Below, in pieces: positions 18,621 through 28,742 of a stretch of 64,000 bases of DNA (the stretch's first letter is position 1; every line of letters begins with the position of its first letter). The translations under genes and the position numbers were made by a program. Under the pieces are notes generated by a model. The model worked only from the letters and a program-made list of their open reading frames with translations, was not told where the DNA came from and ran no database searches. The DNA comes from Paludibacteraceae bacterium. GTDB lineage: Bacteria; Bacteroidota; Bacteroidia; Bacteroidales; Paludibacteraceae. The stretch lies in the NCBI GenBank assembly GCA_017649925.1, contig JAGCFX010000056.1:2803-66802 (forward strand). Direction: 5' to 3'.

Positions 18621-19063
18621 CTCCTGCCACGCGGATGGAGTTCGTCCAGCATCTCATCGAAGTTGTTGCGGAACTCGAATACATCACGCATTATGTAGTA
18701 GTTCTGAGGATCAGCGCAGAAGTCATACGCAAAAACGAGGAACTTCTTGCGGTTATCATCGAACGAGAACGTACGTGCCATGCGGCCTAAGTCCTCCGAG
18801 CAGAAATGTCCGAGCATTACGCACACTTTGGCTACTTCCAGTTTCTTGTCGTCAAAAGGCTGGTCTTCCAATACATGAAGTACCATATTTAACTCTTCAC
18901 GCGTTGCGCAGTCGAAACCTCTGCCTCTGCGGTCATCGCGCATCTCCGGACGGCCGGGACGATGGTTGTCTTTCACTAACGGCCCGCGATGGTCGCGAGG
19001 AGGTTGCGCCATACTCATCATGGTTACCATGACCATCAAACTCATCAAAAAATACCGTTTCAT
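18617..19063 (-). CDS. DUF4476 domain protein
   Basis: Signal peptide from the ATG at 19063. C-terminal block FDDKKLEVAKV...FSFDDNRKKFLVFAYDFCADPQNYY matches the DUF4476 pattern. ATGA overlap with the downstream gene. Confidence 0.6.
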   Translation of the reverse strand: MKRYFLMSLMVMVTMMSMAQPPRDHRGPLVKDNHRPGRPEMRDDRRGRGFDCATREELNMVLHVLEDQPFDDKKLEVAKVCVMLGHFCSEDLGRMARTFSFDDNRKKFLVFAYDFCADPQNYYIMRDVFEFRNNFDEMLDELHPRGRR

Positions 19064-19169
19064 ATCCAGTTTCCTTTCTTTAATTTTCCAATTTGCCTGC
19101 AAAAGTACAAAAAATATGCCAAATACGCAAATTTTTCTGTAATTATTTGTTTATGTAATAAAAAAATCT

Positions 19170-19177
19170 TACCTTTG
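19170..19177 (+). promoter_or_regulatory. -7 promoter box TACCTTTG for mgtC-like gene
   Basis: TAnnTTTG lies 21 nt upstream of the ATG at 19198. Confidence 0.5.
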
Positions 19178-19197
19178 CACCGCAAAATACAAAAGTT

Positions 19198-19647
19198 ATG
19201 AACATGATAAAAGATTTTTTGCAGACGGATTGGCTGGTGGTCATCACCAAACTGGTCTTGGCGACAGCCTTGGGTTATCTGATTGGCATGGAGCGCGAGT
19301 TGCACGGTAAAGTGGTAGGGACGCGCACGATCTCGCTTATCGCTATCGGTAGTGCGTTGTATGTGCTGATGTCCCCGCATATCTTCGGCGGCGATAACAG
19401 TCGTGTGATAGCGCAGGTCGTTTCCGGCATCGGTTTCCTCGGCGCGGGAATCATCTTCAAGGACGGCGATACCGTCAAAGGTCTTACGACGGCTGCAACG
19501 GTCTGGTGTTCAGCGGCTATCGGCTGTCTCTGCGGCAGCGGGATGTTCGCCGAAGCTATTCTCGGCACGATAGCTATCATGACCGTTAACATCTTCTTCA
19601 AACACCTTCATCCCGAGCATCAGGATCATCCTGAACAACATTCTTGA
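19198..19647 (+). CDS. MgtC/SapB family membrane protein
   Basis: 149 aa, 4 TM segments, block GMERELHGK..GTRT...IGS typical of the MgtC N-domain. Confidence 0.85.
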   Translation: MNMIKDFLQTDWLVVITKLVLATALGYLIGMERELHGKVVGTRTISLIAIGSALYVLMSPHIFGGDNSRVIAQVVSGIGFLGAGIIFKDGDTVKGLTTAATVWCSAAIGCLCGSGMFAEAILGTIAIMTVNIFFKHLHPEHQDHPEQHS

Positions 19648-19649
19648 TA

Positions 19650-20921
19650 TCAGAAATCGGAAGAGATGCAGAAATGCATCTTTTCTTTTGTTATAGGGTG
19701 CTCAAAGGCTATCTCTGCCGCGTGCAGCATTAAGCGTTCACCTTGCGTCCCATACAGCCTGTCTCCTACCATCGGCGCATTCAGTCCGTCCGGATGTGCG
19801 GCGTGCACACGCAGTTGGTGCGTGCGACCGGTAAGCGGGTAGAAGTCCACGAAGACCGTTCCGTCAGCGCGGCGCTCGCGAATCCGATAATGCGTGATGG
19901 CGGGTTTACCGTGTTCCCGGTCCACCATCTGTCGCGGCCGGTCATATGGATTGGGCAGCAAGGGCAGACTGATTTCCCCTTCATCCGCTATTCTGCTCGT
20001 CCGGCATTCCAGCACGGATTCATAGCGCTTGAGGATATCCCGCCGCTGGAAATAAGCTTGCAGCGTCTTGTACACCTCCGGCGTTTTGGCAAGCACCAAC
20101 AACCCGCTTGTGTCCTGATCAAGACGGTGAACAGCCTTGGCGCCCAAGAGACTTTCTGCGGACGGCTCATCGCTCTTCCCCGGCACAGACAACAGCCCTG
20201 CGGGTTTATTCACGACCATCAGCCACTCGTCTTCAAACAGGATGTGAGGTTTGGCAAAATCTCTCTTCTCCCGTTCGATTTCTTCCATTTGCACTCCGCG
20301 TAACATATGCCGCAAAATAGGCACACATTTGCCGGAACAGGGCGCATAGAAACAGCCTTCCTGCCTAATCTCCGTGCGCGAAGGAGCACCGACCCAGAAC
20401 TCCGCCAAAGCCAAAGGCTTTAACCCATGCGTGAAAGCATATTGCAGCAGTTTCGGCGCACAGCACTCGCCTGCGCCGGAAGGCGGTAACTTCTCCTTGT
20501 CCGCTAATGTTTTCGTCTTTTTCCCCGCATCAAACCATTCCTCGGCGGGAACAATCGGTTTCTCGTCTTGAAAAATCTCCAATAGGTTCTTCGTCTCGCC
20601 ATGACCGTTAACGAACTGATAGTTAGCGAATAACAACCGTTGTAACCGCTGAGACTCGGCTTTGGAAGTGCCGATAGGCGGCGCGGTCATCTCATAAACG
20701 GGCGGCACAAAACCTTCATGATGATAGCTGCCGTCCAGCATTGCCGAGAAAGCCGCCAGATACTTGTCGCTATCATAAACGAGCACGCCGAACATCTTGC
20801 CGCATTGGTGCAACTCGCTCTCCGGGTGCATATTCATATAGGCGTGCACTCGTTCCATCACTTCCGCTGCCGCTTTCTGCGCCAACGGGTGGGGTGGTAT
20901 TGTAAAAGGCGACATTATCAT
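19650..20921 (-). CDS. RluA-family pseudouridine synthase with ~200-aa N-terminal extension
   Basis: The C-terminal half carries HRLDQDTSGLLVLAK and RTHQLRVH motifs. The N-terminal half is Cys/His-containing and unassigned. Confidence 0.85.
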   Translation of the reverse strand: MIMSPFTIPPHPLAQKAAAEVMERVHAYMNMHPESELHQCGKMFGVLVYDSDKYLAAFSAMLDGSYHHEGFVPPVYEMTAPPIGTSKAESQRLQRLLFANYQFVNGHGETKNLLEIFQDEKPIVPAEEWFDAGKKTKTLADKEKLPPSGAGECCAPKLLQYAFTHGLKPLALAEFWVGAPSRTEIRQEGCFYAPCSGKCVPILRHMLRGVQMEEIEREKRDFAKPHILFEDEWLMVVNKPAGLLSVPGKSDEPSAESLLGAKAVHRLDQDTSGLLVLAKTPEVYKTLQAYFQRRDILKRYESVLECRTSRIADEGEISLPLLPNPYDRPRQMVDREHGKPAITHYRIRERRADGTVFVDFYPLTGRTHQLRVHAAHPDGLNAPMVGDRLYGTQGERLMLHAAEIAFEHPITKEKMHFCISSDF

Positions 20922-20973
20922 CTAAATCCGCCGCAAAATTACTAAAAAATTTGCATATGTCAAAATATTTTTG

Positions 20974-20981
20974 TACTTTTG
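20974..20981 (+). promoter_or_regulatory. -7 promoter box TACTTTTG for the vWA lipoprotein gene
   Basis: TAnnTTTG lies 29 nt upstream of the GTG start at 21010. Confidence 0.45.
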
Positions 20982-21009
20982 CAGTCGCAATATATAAAAT
21001 CTATCTGTT

Positions 21010-22221
21010 GTGAAGAAAATTTGGTTTTTGTGCGCAGTCATGGCGTTTGGCGCATGTGCAATGAAATCCGGTGATGAGCCGACTATCGCCCCAGAAGGTG
21101 GTGGCGGCGCAGAAGGTGGCTATGTGGACGGTGACGGCGGTTTCGGCGGAGGAGGCTCCGGCGGTAACGAACAAGCGCAGGCAGGCAAAGTAACGGCCGG
21201 AGAATGGCGCGATCTGGATAATTGGCTCTTCTGGTCCAATCTGATGACGAACGAGCAGGCCGACCAAAACGGAACGAGCTATACTTCATACAGCACCTAT
21301 TGGGGCTTCTTTACCAACAATCGCATCGCCGTGCGTGTGCTGAATGCGAGCAATGAACCGCAACGCGACGTAGCAGTACAGGTGAAACGCGGCGAGACGA
21401 TTCTATTTGAAGGCCGCACGGACAACCGCGGCGAGACGAACCTTTTCATTGGTCTGACGCAACAGCAGACAAGCGTAGATTCTACAACGCTGGCGCTGGT
21501 GGTGGACGGTGAGCCTTTGGCTCAACCTGTCTCGATAACGAAATGGGGCGAGGATCCGAAATGGAATATTTGCACGGCATCGGTAGCGCCTACGGCAAAC
21601 ATCGATATCGCCTTTATCGTAGATGCTACAGGCTCGATGTCCGACGAGATTGACTTCCTGAAAGCGGACCTCACCAATATCATCACTACCGTTGGTGCCA
21701 AACATGCAACCGCCAACATACGGACTGCAGCGCTCTTCTACCGCGATGAGGGCGATGACTATTTGACACGTGTGAGCGATTTCTCGGAAGACCTGACCGT
21801 GACTACAACTTTCATCTCGAAACAAGAAGCGGACGGCGGAGGGGATTACCCGGAGGCTGTTCATACGGCATTGGCGGAGGGATTGCAGAAGCTATCGTGG
21901 CGCGAAGATAACAGTATCCGTCTGACTTTCATGCTGTTGGATGCTCCTCCTCATCACGAGAGTTCGGTCATCTCCAGCTTGCAGACATCTATTCCGCTAT
22001 ATGCTAAAGCGGGTATCCGTATTATCCCTATTGCTGCCAGCGGAGTGGACAAACCGACGGAGTTCTTCCTGCGCTTTGCAGCGATGGCTACGGATGGCAC
22101 ATATGTGTTCATTACCAATGATAGCGGTGTGGGCGAAGATCATATTGCAGCTACCGTTGGGGACTACGAAATAGAGTTACTCAACGAACTGATTGTTCGA
22201 CTAATAGACCAATATTTATAA
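21010..22221 (+). CDS. vWA-domain lipoprotein
   Basis: GTG start, lipobox AFGAC and a Gly-rich linker. MIDAS DATGSMSDE inside a vWA fold region. Confidence 0.75.
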   Translation: MKKIWFLCAVMAFGACAMKSGDEPTIAPEGGGGAEGGYVDGDGGFGGGGSGGNEQAQAGKVTAGEWRDLDNWLFWSNLMTNEQADQNGTSYTSYSTYWGFFTNNRIAVRVLNASNEPQRDVAVQVKRGETILFEGRTDNRGETNLFIGLTQQQTSVDSTTLALVVDGEPLAQPVSITKWGEDPKWNICTASVAPTANIDIAFIVDATGSMSDEIDFLKADLTNIITTVGAKHATANIRTAALFYRDEGDDYLTRVSDFSEDLTVTTTFISKQEADGGGDYPEAVHTALAEGLQKLSWREDNSIRLTFMLLDAPPHHESSVISSLQTSIPLYAKAGIRIIPIAASGVDKPTEFFLRFAAMATDGTYVFITNDSGVGEDHIAATVGDYEIELLNELIVRLIDQYL

Positions 22222-22271
22222 AAAATCGCAAAAAAAATGCAAAAATATTTGGTCATGTCAAAAAAAAGCAG

Positions 22272-22279
22272 TACCTTTG
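22272..22279 (+). promoter_or_regulatory. -7 promoter box TACCTTTG for rplM-rpsI, followed by a ~120-nt leader
   Basis: TAnnTTTG match. The leader (22280-22402) contains hairpins. Confidence 0.55.
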
Positions 22280-22402
22280 CAGCCGTTTTGCGTGTGTAGT
22301 GCACGCGAACGCGTAAAAAAAAACATTTATAAATCGCCTGGCTGGGCAGTGCGGAAACGCTTAATAGATGTCTGTCGGCCAAGCCTAAAACAAACAAAAT
22401 TA

Positions 22403-22858
22403 ATGGAATACAATTCTTACATGACAGTGTCTGTAAACAAAGCTACCGCTAAGAAAGAGTGGGTAGTGGTTGACGCTGAAGGCCAGATTCTTGGTCGTAT
22501 GTGCTCCAAAGTGGCTAAACTGCTGCGTGGTAAGTACAAACCGTCCTTCACTCCGAATGTGGACTGTGGAGACAATGTAATCATCGTGAATGCTGACAAA
22601 GTGCAGCTGACAGGTAACAAATGGAACGATCGCGTTTATGTTCGTTACACCGGTTTCCCGGGTGGTCAACGCGAGTTCACTCCTGCTGACCTGATGGCCA
22701 AGGGCGCTGACAAACTCGTTCGCAAGGTAGTTAAAGGTATGCTGCCCAAGAATCGTCTGGGTGCTCGTCAAATCAACAACCTGTATATTTTCGCAGGTGC
22801 AGAGCACAACATGCAGGCACAACAACCGAAACAAATTGATATTAACACTCTGAAATAA
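22403..22858 (+). CDS. rplM: 50S ribosomal protein L13
   Basis: Start set at MEYNSYMTVSVNKATAKKEWVVVDAEGQILGR..., colinear with L13. Confidence 0.95.
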   Translation: MEYNSYMTVSVNKATAKKEWVVVDAEGQILGRMCSKVAKLLRGKYKPSFTPNVDCGDNVIIVNADKVQLTGNKWNDRVYVRYTGFPGGQREFTPADLMAKGADKLVRKVVKGMLPKNRLGARQINNLYIFAGAEHNMQAQQPKQIDINTLK

Positions 22859-22866
22859 TAGAAGAT

Positions 22867-23253
22867 ATGGAAACAGTTAATGCATTAGGTCGTCGTAAAG
22901 AGGCAGTAGCTCGCGTTTACGTTAATGAAGGTGCCGGCAAGATTGTGATCAATGGCCGCGACATCGAGACATATTTCCCGTCTTCTATTCTGCGCTATAT
23001 CGTTCTCCAGCCGCTGAATAAACTCGGCGTAGCAGAGAAATACGATATCAAGGTGAACCTTGACGGTGGTGGTTTCAAAGGTCAGGCAGAGGCTTTGCGT
23101 TTGGCTATCGCACGTGCGCTGGTAAAAATCAATCCGGAAGACAAAGCTGCACTGAAGGCAGAAGGCTTCATGACTCGTGACGCTCGTGAGGTAGAGCGTA
23201 AGAAACCGGGTCAACCGAAAGCTCGTAAGCACTTCCAGTTCAGTAAACGTTAA
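22867..23253 (+). CDS. rpsI: 30S ribosomal protein S9
   Basis: 128 aa ending ...PGQPKARKHFQFSKR, the canonical S9 C-terminus. Confidence 0.95.
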   Translation: METVNALGRRKEAVARVYVNEGAGKIVINGRDIETYFPSSILRYIVLQPLNKLGVAEKYDIKVNLDGGGFKGQAEALRLAIARALVKINPEDKAALKAEGFMTRDAREVERKKPGQPKARKHFQFSKR

Positions 23254-23268
23254 TACGTACAACTCCAA

Positions 23269-23309
23269 ATCGTGTGGACTCCTTCGGGATTACCACACGA
23301 TTGTTTTGG
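23269..23309 (+). terminator. hairpin plus T-rich tract after rpsI
   Basis: ATCGTGTGG ... CCACACGAT stem with an inner CC-TTCG-GG, followed by TTGTTTTGG. Confidence 0.6.
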
Positions 23310-23424
23310 TGTCTCAAACGCCTGTGTGCGTGCGCGCATGTTCAATTAATGTAATGTGCGTGTGAACGGGAATTCCAAAATGAACGGAGATTTATTAAAC
23401 AATCAAACACATTAAACAAACAAA

Positions 23425-24279
23425 ATGAGAACAAATTTTGATCAATTGCTCGAGGCTGGTGCACACTTTGGCCACCTCAAACGCAAATGGAATCCGGCCA
23501 TGGCTCCGTACATCTACATGGAGCGTAATGGTATTCACATCATTGACTTAAACAAGACCGTCGTTAAGGTTGACGAGGCTGCTGAAGCTTTGAAAAACCT
23601 CGCCCGTAGCGGTCGTAAGGTGCTCTTCGTTGGTACGAAGAAGCAGGCTCAAGAAGTAGTAGCAGCACGCGCTCAGGAAGTAGGTATGCCGTACATCACC
23701 GAGCGTTGGGCAGGTGGTATGTTGACCAACTTCCCCACCATCCGCAAGGCTGTGAAGAAAATGAGTCAAATCGACAAGATGAGTACCGATGGTACGCTGG
23801 ATAACGTTTCCAAGCGTGAGAAACTGCAGATCGCACGTCAACGTGAGAAACTGGAGAAGAACCTTGGTTCTATCGCCGATATGACTCGTCTGCCGAGCGC
23901 TGTATTCGTAGTGGACGTGATCAAAGAGAAGATTGCTGTTGCAGAGGCTAACCGTCTGGGTATTCCTGTATTCGGTATCGTTGATACCAACTCGAACCCG
24001 AACAACATCGACTTCGTAATACCTGCTAACGACGATGCTACAAAGGCTATCGACGTCATCCTCGGCGCTGTTTGCGAGGCTATCAAAGAAGGTCTCGAGG
24101 AGCGTAAGGTAGAGAAAGCTGACGAAGAGGCTGCAGAGGCACAGAGCACAACTGAGGCTCCGGCTCCGAAAGAGCGTCGTCAACGCATCCGCAAAGCTGC
24201 TCCGAAAGCAGAGGCAGAGAAAGTAGCCGAAGCAAAGGAAGAGGCTAAGGAAGAACCTAAAGCAGAAGAGGAGGCATAA
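23425..24279 (+). CDS. rpsB: 30S ribosomal protein S2 (with E/A/K-rich C-terminal tail)
   Basis: LLEAGAHFGH..., GIHIIDL and related blocks match S2. Confidence 0.95.
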   Translation: MRTNFDQLLEAGAHFGHLKRKWNPAMAPYIYMERNGIHIIDLNKTVVKVDEAAEALKNLARSGRKVLFVGTKKQAQEVVAARAQEVGMPYITERWAGGMLTNFPTIRKAVKKMSQIDKMSTDGTLDNVSKREKLQIARQREKLEKNLGSIADMTRLPSAVFVVDVIKEKIAVAEANRLGIPVFGIVDTNSNPNNIDFVIPANDDATKAIDVILGAVCEAIKEGLEERKVEKADEEAAEAQSTTEAPAPKERRQRIRKAAPKAEAEKVAEAKEEAKEEPKAEEEA

Positions 24280-24281
24280 TT

Positions 24282-25274
24282 ATGGCAGTTACATTGGCTG
24301 ATATCAAAAAATTGCGTGACATCACCGGTGCCGGAATGATGGACGTAAAGAAAGCCCTCGAAGAAGCAAATGGCGATTTTGAGGTTGCGAAGGACCTTCT
24401 CCGTAAGCGTGGACAAGCCATCGCAGCAAAACGCAGCGACCGCGAGGCTTCGGAAGGTTGTGTGCTCGCAAAGGTAAAAGAAGGCTTCGGCGCTATCGTT
24501 GGCGTGAAGTGCGAGACCGACTTCGTAGCTAAGAATGAGGACTTTGTGGGTATGGTTAAACTCATCCTTGACGCTGCTTTGGATAACAAAGTACGCAGCA
24601 AAGAAGAGCTTGCTAACCTCAAGATCGGTAACTTCACCGTTTCGGAGATCATTACCGAGCGTTCCGGTGTAACGGGCGAAAAGATGGAGTTGGCTGACTT
24701 TGCATGCCTTGAGGCTCCGGTAGTGGACGCTTACAACCACCTCGGCAACAAACTGAGTTCGCTTGTAGCCGCTAATGCCGGTGCAGATCACGAGACTGTT
24801 CACGGTATCTCAATGCAGGTAGCTGCTATGAGCCCGATCGCTTTGGATGCTGATCACGTAAGTGAAGAAGTAAAGAAGCACGAGTTGGAGGTAGCTATTG
24901 ACAAGACCAAACAGGACGAGATCAACAAGGCTGTTGAGAACGCTCTGCGTAAGGCTGGCTTGAACCCCGCTCATTGTGACAGCGACGACCATATCGCTTC
25001 CAACACAGCTAAGGGTTGGTTAACAGAGGAGCAGGCTCAAGTGGCACGTGACATTCGTGCAAAGGTTCCGGCAGAGGCAGAGGCAAACCTCGCTGCTCAA
25101 GCCAAGAAGATTGAGATGATTGCTCAAGGTCGTCTGGGTAAGTTCCTCAAAGAGAATACCCTCGTTGAGCAGGCTTACATCATGAGCGAGAACAAAGAAC
25201 TCGTGAAAGATATCCTCAAAGCTAAAGGGGTGGAAATCAAGGATTTCCGCCGCATCACATTATCCGCTGAATAA
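24282..25274 (+). CDS. tsf: translation elongation factor Ts
   Basis: UBA-like N-terminus ADIKKLRDITGAGMMDVKKALEEANGDFE. Directly follows rpsB. Confidence 0.95.
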   Translation: MAVTLADIKKLRDITGAGMMDVKKALEEANGDFEVAKDLLRKRGQAIAAKRSDREASEGCVLAKVKEGFGAIVGVKCETDFVAKNEDFVGMVKLILDAALDNKVRSKEELANLKIGNFTVSEIITERSGVTGEKMELADFACLEAPVVDAYNHLGNKLSSLVAANAGADHETVHGISMQVAAMSPIALDADHVSEEVKKHELEVAIDKTKQDEINKAVENALRKAGLNPAHCDSDDHIASNTAKGWLTEEQAQVARDIRAKVPAEAEANLAAQAKKIEMIAQGRLGKFLKENTLVEQAYIMSENKELVKDILKAKGVEIKDFRRITLSAE

Positions 25275-27112
25275 TGAAAAAAATTCTGAAGATATGTGGA
25301 TGGGGAGCGCTAGTAATAGTGCTCCTCTTCGCATTGATCCTTGTTTGTGTGTCGCCGGCTGCCAAATATGTGGTGAATAACTACGGCGAAGAAATCATCG
25401 GTCGTCAGCTTCATGCAGACCAAGTAATTATCAATCCGTACTGGGGTGGTGTGACTATCCGCGGCTTTGAATGCAAAGAGCAGAACGGCGAGACGAACTT
25501 CATCTCGTTTGACCATCTATATGTGCAGATAGCTTATCCACGGCTCATCGGCAAGAACGTAAAGATTCGTGCCATTCATCTGGACGGTTTCAACGGCCAA
25601 GTGCTTAAGAGTAAGGATAAGTTGAACTTCTCCGATATCATCGAGCGCTACACTAAGAATGACACTATTCCTGAAGAACCGAAAGACACCACGAAAAGCG
25701 GATGGACAGTTGCATTGGATGATATCCGGCTGAATAACAGCACAGTACGTTATCGCGATGTGATCACTCATAAGCAGTGGAGTCTGGAAGATATCACGCT
25801 TCGTGTACCGGGACTCTATTTCGACAACACGCAGACAAACGCAGGTATAGAGTTCGCATTGCCTACAGGTGGTCGGGTAGGTATCATCGCCGGCTATCGT
25901 ATGCGGTCCAATAACTATGCTGTGCGCTTGAACCTCTACGATGTACATACCGATGTTGTATTGCCGTTGGTGCAAGACTATTTGAACATCAGCGGTTTGG
26001 GAGCCAAACTGAACGGCTCTGTATTGGTAGAGGGTAGCCTGGATGCCATTACAAACGTTCAGTTGAAAGGAAACCTTGCGATGGCGGGACTGAGTATCCG
26101 CGACAAGCATAATGATCAAGTGGCTGCGCTGGATGAACTGCGAGTAGCTATCAACAAAGGAGACCTGAATACCAATACTTTCCTGCTTGATACGCTCTCT
26201 ATCTTCGGTATCACGGGCGATTATGAAGTACACGAGACATGGAACACCATGACGCGCCTGATGAAGAAAGATGAGGATCGTGAGACAAGTGCCATTGAGG
26301 CGCTTAATGACAGCGCGGAGGCCAAACCCAAGAAACAAGAGCCGAAGGAAAGCAAACCTTTGGTTTGGATGGCGAAAAGAGTGCATATCACGGGCCATGA
26401 CATCACCTATAGTGACTACTCGATGAAGCACGATTGGCAATATGCTATCCAAACATTCGAACTGACAGGCAGCAATGTGGCAACGAACGGACGAAACAGT
26501 CTGAACTTAAATGCCACGCTGACCAATAATGCCAAACTGAAAGCAGACTTTGTAGGAGGACTCGATTTGGCAAGCCAGGATACTCGTATTAATGTGAAGT
26601 TAACAGGCGTTAATTTGCATGATTTCAATGCATTATGCCGTAACTACACAGGCTATCCGTTAGAGGGCGGAGACTTGCGTCTGGATAGTCATATTGATGT
26701 TGTCTGTGGTAAGATGAAGGGTAACAATCAGATCGTGATTGACCATCCTCGGGTAGGGAAGAAAGAGAAGTTCAGCAAAGCCAAATATAAGAATATACCT
26801 GTTCGCACAGGCGTTAAGATGCTGACTTCGGCGCAGGATATGATTGTGCTGGACGTGCCGGTAGCTGGCGATGCCAGAAATCCTAAGTTCAAATTAGGCA
26901 AAGTGATTGGTCGTGCGCTACTGAAAGTATTCTTTGGACCATTGATGGGCGTAAATGACCGCAAAACGGTCAGCGCGGAGGAAATTCAAGAAATGCAGGA
27001 GTTGTTGGGAGAAGACAGTGTGTCACTCGGCAATGATGCGACGGGCGATGTCTCGGCAGACGTCGCAATGACCGCAGGCGACAGCGTCGGTCTCTCCGAA
27101 GTAAGCAAGTAA
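25274..27112 (+). CDS. DUF748 (AsmA-like) membrane-anchored protein
   Basis: N-terminal TM anchor then a long beta-rich region. The N-terminal block resembles DUF748 proteins. Confidence 0.65.
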   Translation: MKKILKICGWGALVIVLLFALILVCVSPAAKYVVNNYGEEIIGRQLHADQVIINPYWGGVTIRGFECKEQNGETNFISFDHLYVQIAYPRLIGKNVKIRAIHLDGFNGQVLKSKDKLNFSDIIERYTKNDTIPEEPKDTTKSGWTVALDDIRLNNSTVRYRDVITHKQWSLEDITLRVPGLYFDNTQTNAGIEFALPTGGRVGIIAGYRMRSNNYAVRLNLYDVHTDVVLPLVQDYLNISGLGAKLNGSVLVEGSLDAITNVQLKGNLAMAGLSIRDKHNDQVAALDELRVAINKGDLNTNTFLLDTLSIFGITGDYEVHETWNTMTRLMKKDEDRETSAIEALNDSAEAKPKKQEPKESKPLVWMAKRVHITGHDITYSDYSMKHDWQYAIQTFELTGSNVATNGRNSLNLNATLTNNAKLKADFVGGLDLASQDTRINVKLTGVNLHDFNALCRNYTGYPLEGGDLRLDSHIDVVCGKMKGNNQIVIDHPRVGKKEKFSKAKYKNIPVRTGVKMLTSAQDMIVLDVPVAGDARNPKFKLGKVIGRALLKVFFGPLMGVNDRKTVSAEEIQEMQELLGEDSVSLGNDATGDVSADVAMTAGDSVGLSEVSK

Positions 27113-28732
27113 GACTTGCTCGCGGCAGAACTGCGTTTGGTCGGCATACTCCACCATTGCACGCAGTTTATTGATATACAGCGCTTGCCGCTCTTCATAG
27201 ATAGAGGGCGATAGATAGATCTCTGTCTGTCGCTCGTTTGTCATAGTAAGGCAGCAACCCACCGAGCGTGGAATATAGGTAATGATGCCGCGTTGGGCAA
27301 GCGAGACAAGCAGTTCGTGGGTCTCGCGTCTATCCGCTTCTCGCACATATTGCAGGTTCGTATAAATGCCTGTATAAGAACGCATTAGCACGTCCATTAG
27401 TTCTGCTTGCTCAAACGAAAGGTTATATTCTCCGAGCTGATGACGTGGCACGTGGATCTGAACGCGCGGCTGTGTCTCATGCTCTTCTTCAAAGTCGATA
27501 TATCCGGCTTGTGTGAGGATATGCAGGGCGGAGTAGGCTTGCAGAACAGGCAGGTGCATAACGTGGCATAACTGATCCATATGCAGCATGAAACGATGCC
27601 CTAGACCGCTGCCTGCACCTATCTGCAGAAAGTCCATCGTCTTATGATAAACCTGCTCAACGAACTCTTTGGACGGATAGTTGTCCACAATGCGTTTCTT
27701 CGCTTTCGCCTTATCTTCCGCCTCGTTGTAAAGCAACACTGCATAAGCCGTTTTCCCATCTCTTCCGGCGCGTCCTGCTTCCTGATAATAGGATTCGAGA
27801 GTATTGGGCAGGTCATAATGAATAACGAGCCGCACATCCGCTTTATCGATACCCATGCCGAAGGCATTGGTAGCTATGATGACCCGTGTTTGCCCTTCTT
27901 TCCATGCTTCCTGACGATCATTGCGCTCTTTGGTCATCAAGCCAGCGTGGTAGTAATCTGCGCTCTCGCCTTGCGTTTTCAGCCATTCTGCGAGTTCTTG
28001 CGCCCGTTTGCGGTTTCGGACATAGACAATTGCACTGCCCGGCACTTTCGCTAGGATATGAGCTACTTGCTCGGCTTTGTTGTCTGTCCGACGCACGATA
28101 TATTGCAAGTTCTCGCGATGGAACGATTTACGCAATACATTACGCGCGCGGAAACCTAACTTATCCTGTATATCTTCAATAGTCTCGGGTGTGGCAGTTG
28201 CCGTCAACGCCAATACCGGCACATCCGGCAGCAGTTCCCGCACCGCAGCTATATTTAGATACGACGGCCGAAAATCATACCCCCACTGCGAGATACAATG
28301 CGCCTCATCTACGGCTATCAATCCTATGGGTAAGTCCGCCAAACGTTTGCGGAACTCCTCGCTCTCTAACCGTTCCGGAGAACAATAAAGGAAGTGATAG
28401 GGACCGAAAAGGCAGTTATCCAACGCTGTGCGTTGTTTATCGTAACTCATACCTGTATAGACGGCAGCCGAGTGAATACCGCGCGCCTGGAGGTTCTCTA
28501 CCTGATCCTTCATCAGCGCTATCAGCGGCGTGATGACGAGGCATAGACGACGTTCCGGACTATCATTGGCCATGACAAGAGTAGGTACCTGAAAACAGAT
28601 ACTCTTCCCGCCGCCTGTAGGCATTAGCGCCAAGGTGTCACGGCCCGATAAAACAGAATCGATGATTTCCGACTGTAATGGCCGAAAATCATCGTATCCG
28701 AAATAAGTATGTAATGCCTCGCGGGCAGTCAT
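27023..28732 (-). CDS. recQ: RecQ-family ATP-dependent DNA helicase
   Basis: FGYDDFRPLQ, PTGGGKS, VDEAHCISQWG, helicase C motifs and a C-terminal CGHCDVC. Confidence 0.9.
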   Translation of the reverse strand: MTAREALHTYFGYDDFRPLQSEIIDSVLSGRDTLALMPTGGGKSICFQVPTLVMANDSPERRLCLVITPLIALMKDQVENLQARGIHSAAVYTGMSYDKQRTALDNCLFGPYHFLYCSPERLESEEFRKRLADLPIGLIAVDEAHCISQWGYDFRPSYLNIAAVRELLPDVPVLALTATATPETIEDIQDKLGFRARNVLRKSFHRENLQYIVRRTDNKAEQVAHILAKVPGSAIVYVRNRKRAQELAEWLKTQGESADYYHAGLMTKERNDRQEAWKEGQTRVIIATNAFGMGIDKADVRLVIHYDLPNTLESYYQEAGRAGRDGKTAYAVLLYNEAEDKAKAKKRIVDNYPSKEFVEQVYHKTMDFLQIGAGSGLGHRFMLHMDQLCHVMHLPVLQAYSALHILTQAGYIDFEEEHETQPRVQIHVPRHQLGEYNLSFEQAELMDVLMRSYTGIYTNLQYVREADRRETHELLVSLAQRGIITYIPRSVGCCLTMTNERQTEIYLSPSIYEERQALYINKLRAMVEYADQTQFCREQVLLAYFGETDAVACGHCDVCRDIARRIIAE

Positions 28733-28742
28733 AAATTACCAA

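Noticed and set aside
22280-22402. Possible ribosomal-protein leader RNA upstream of rplM.
   Set aside because: Hairpins can be drawn (CGTG...CACG; TGGC...GCCA), but I cannot match them to a known L13 leader without a covariance model. I leave it as part of the promoter and leader annotation.
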